A stretch of 39,391 bases of DNA from Dicyema japonicum (Eukaryota; Animalia; Dicyemida), in NCBI GenBank assembly GCA_011109175.1, contig RDEW01000066.1:151853-191243 (forward strand), in the 5' to 3' direction. Each line of letters starts with the position of its first letter. Position 1 is the stretch's first letter. Under the pieces are notes generated by a model. The model was not told where the DNA came from, did not search any database, and saw nothing but the letters and a program-made list of their open reading frames with translations. The position numbers were made by a program, and so were the translations under genes. Below, piece by piece: positions 37,701-39,391 of this stretch.

Positions 37701-38518
37701 GTCGTGTCAGAGTTAGTTGGTGTGTCTACAATGGCGAATACTATTTATTGTCAAATGGATTCTATGGAGGCAGTGCACAACATTGAGGAATTTTACCGAA
37801 GGACAGACTGCGTGGAGTTATTGAGTGAGTTCAATACTGCACTTGCCTCTCACTTGGTTGACGATGTTGAAGTTCGAAAGGAACTATCTCAGTTTATGGA
37901 TAGTCTTATTCATCGAAACCCTGAGTAAAGTTGCGCTTATATGATTTTAGGATGATAACTAATTCTATAGTGGATTCGCCCGCCATTTCTAATAGGACGA
38001 TATCAGTAAAGCCTGAAAAACGTGGCATTGGAACATCTTTGGTGTCTACTGGGAATAAAAAAATGTCATTGCCTAATGAAAAAGAGTATAAATTGACTTC
38101 CTCCATTCCTGACGTGATGAGCAGTCAGAATGCGTTAGATATTGGCTATCGAGGAGAGTTGTTTGTATTTGAATATTTGATGGAGAAGCTGAAGGCAGGA
38201 GAGGACGATTTAGTGCATGTTGAATGGCTCAATCAAATGCACGAGTCTGGGCTGCCTTACGATTTTATTGTGGAGAAGAAAAATGAGGAACACTGCTATA
38301 TTGAAGTCAAGTCTACAGCCTATGATAAGAAAGATTTCATGCCTATTTCGTTAAATGAGTTAAAGACTGCTATTTCTATTGGATCTGCGTATCATCTTTA
38401 TCGAGTTTATGGATGTTCTGAACGGGGGGAACGTGAGCAAACAATGTCTCTTAGAATTATTGAAAATGTGCAGGCGTCATGCATTTATAAGAAAATTCGT
38501 CTTTTTGCTGTCATTTAA
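31720..38518 (+). CDS. NOV: NO VEIN-like protein: sacsin-type GHKL (HATPase) ATPase plus C-terminal DUF3883 PD-(D/E)XK-like domain; many tiny introns
   Basis: SF..FGFGS N-terminal motif. LSRTIQQLSS|DLYSNDIHFVLELIQNADDNQY, WNNESGF..D..SICDV..S.K...IGRKGIGFKSVFKVSD.P.IHSN, VYAFLPVRSYGLRF.LHGDFDLSSSREDI..DSAWNQ. C-terminal IGYRGELFVFEYL...VEWLN...ESGLPYDF...YIEVKST...ISLNEL. Stop at 38516-38518. Confidence 0.9.
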
Positions 38519-38689
38519 TCTGTCAACATTGTTTTTTACAGTTTAAATTTAAAAAGTGCTTGCAGTAATTTATTAAAAGAAACGAGGTCTTGCGAACTTA
38601 ATTCGTAGATTATTTGTATGTTTAATCGTTTTCGGTTGTTGACATCGCTTTCTGTTTGATAGTCGATACATTAACGCGATGGTCATATC

Positions 38690-38755
38690 CAGGGGTCGGC
38701 AACCGGAGGCTCGCGAGTAACCGGTTGCTATTTGAGCTCAGGAAGTGGCTCTCTC
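38690..38755 (+). mobile_element. Terminus of a Charlie/Buster-type hAT non-autonomous element (partner end not found)
   Basis: CAGGGGTCGGCAACC followed by GGCTCGCGAG...GTGGCTC. Same TIR class as the MITE at 29670. Confidence 0.6.
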
Positions 38756-39149
38756 GAAATTTTCTGAATATATATAGAGACTGGCGTATAATTGGGTATT
38801 TCGAAAATATCTGAATATATATAGAAACTTAAAAAAATTACAGCAGATTCCATGATTTTAGAAAATGATCAAATTTACGACGAAAACTTTGTACATAACT
38901 TTTAGAGAAAACTAAAACAGCAAGAGGAAGATGAAAAAATTCATGTTCTGACACTATATGAAGCTAGTGAATGTGCGAATGCGCTTGAATTATGGTTTTT
39001 TTGTTAACTATAGAGAATAGTGAACATGCTGTTTTGGCGTGGACATTTTGTTAACTATAGAGAGGGTTGACTATATTATTAATTATCTTTTTAAAGCGTT
39101 TAAAATGCACCTTCCTCACCATTCCCTCATCATCTTTAACAATGACACA

Positions 39150-39391
39150 AATTTACCTGTCAATAAGTGAGGCGTTTGATTGTATAAAAACACAGCTTTT
39201 TGAATGTGCTCTGTCAACTTTTTCGTGTTATCTGAAGCCATCAACTCTGTGAGACCGTCTGGTTGAATCTTTCAACAGTCTCTGGACTCTGGGGATTGTT
39301 GGGTCGTCCATGAATTTAAAGAATTCAGTAATCTTGACAGAGTTTTTTGATATAGTAATTCTTGAAGTCCGTGCCGTTGTCTGATTGCAAG
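39150..39391 (-). mobile_element. Degenerate rve integrase core (same type as 24613-25330), cut by window end
   Basis: Reverse strand reads LQSDNGTDFKNYYIKKLCQDY*IL*IHGRPNNPQSPETVERFNQT...AVFLYNQTPH. Second Asp and the Glu of the DDE triad are present, with in-frame stops. Confidence 0.85.

Noticed and set aside
18799-38518. Prokaryotic retron or defence operon (RT plus ATPase plus nuclease)
   Set aside because: The RT is a decayed non-LTR retrotransposon enzyme more than 11 kb from an intron-rich eukaryotic gene. There is no operon structure or ncRNA.

Overview
AT-rich eukaryotic nuclear DNA with three assembly gaps (9826-10819, 18581-18798, 25626-25913) and many single-base indels that fragment the ORF track. 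Genes are split by very small GT-AG introns (21-31 nt where I could measure them). This points to a highly compacted genome; a dicyemid mesozoan or a similar reduced parasite is an inference, not something the sequence proves. Host genes: a UBR1/2 N-recognin E3 ligase (-), VMP1 (-), the 5' part of SDA1 (+), a DHHC palmitoyltransferase (+), and a large NO VEIN-like gene (+) combining a sacsin-type GHKL ATPase with a C-terminal DUF3883 PD-(D/E)XK-like domain. There is also a partial duplicate of the NO VEIN-like ATPase region and an intron-retaining 3' fragment of an NTE/PNPLA6 patatin gene. Between the genes is a dense mosaic of decayed mobile DNA: R4/NeSL-type and CRE-type RLE non-LTR retrotransposons, Buster-type hAT elements with 8-bp TSDs, a Tc1 fragment and two Ginger/KRBA2-like rve integrases, one carrying tiny introns. 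Two tandem repeats lie at the left end. I see no clear evidence of a new multi-gene system. The best leads are the ATPase-nuclease NO VEIN-like locus with its duplicated ATPase module, the intron-bearing integrase, and gene fragments embedded in transposon debris.
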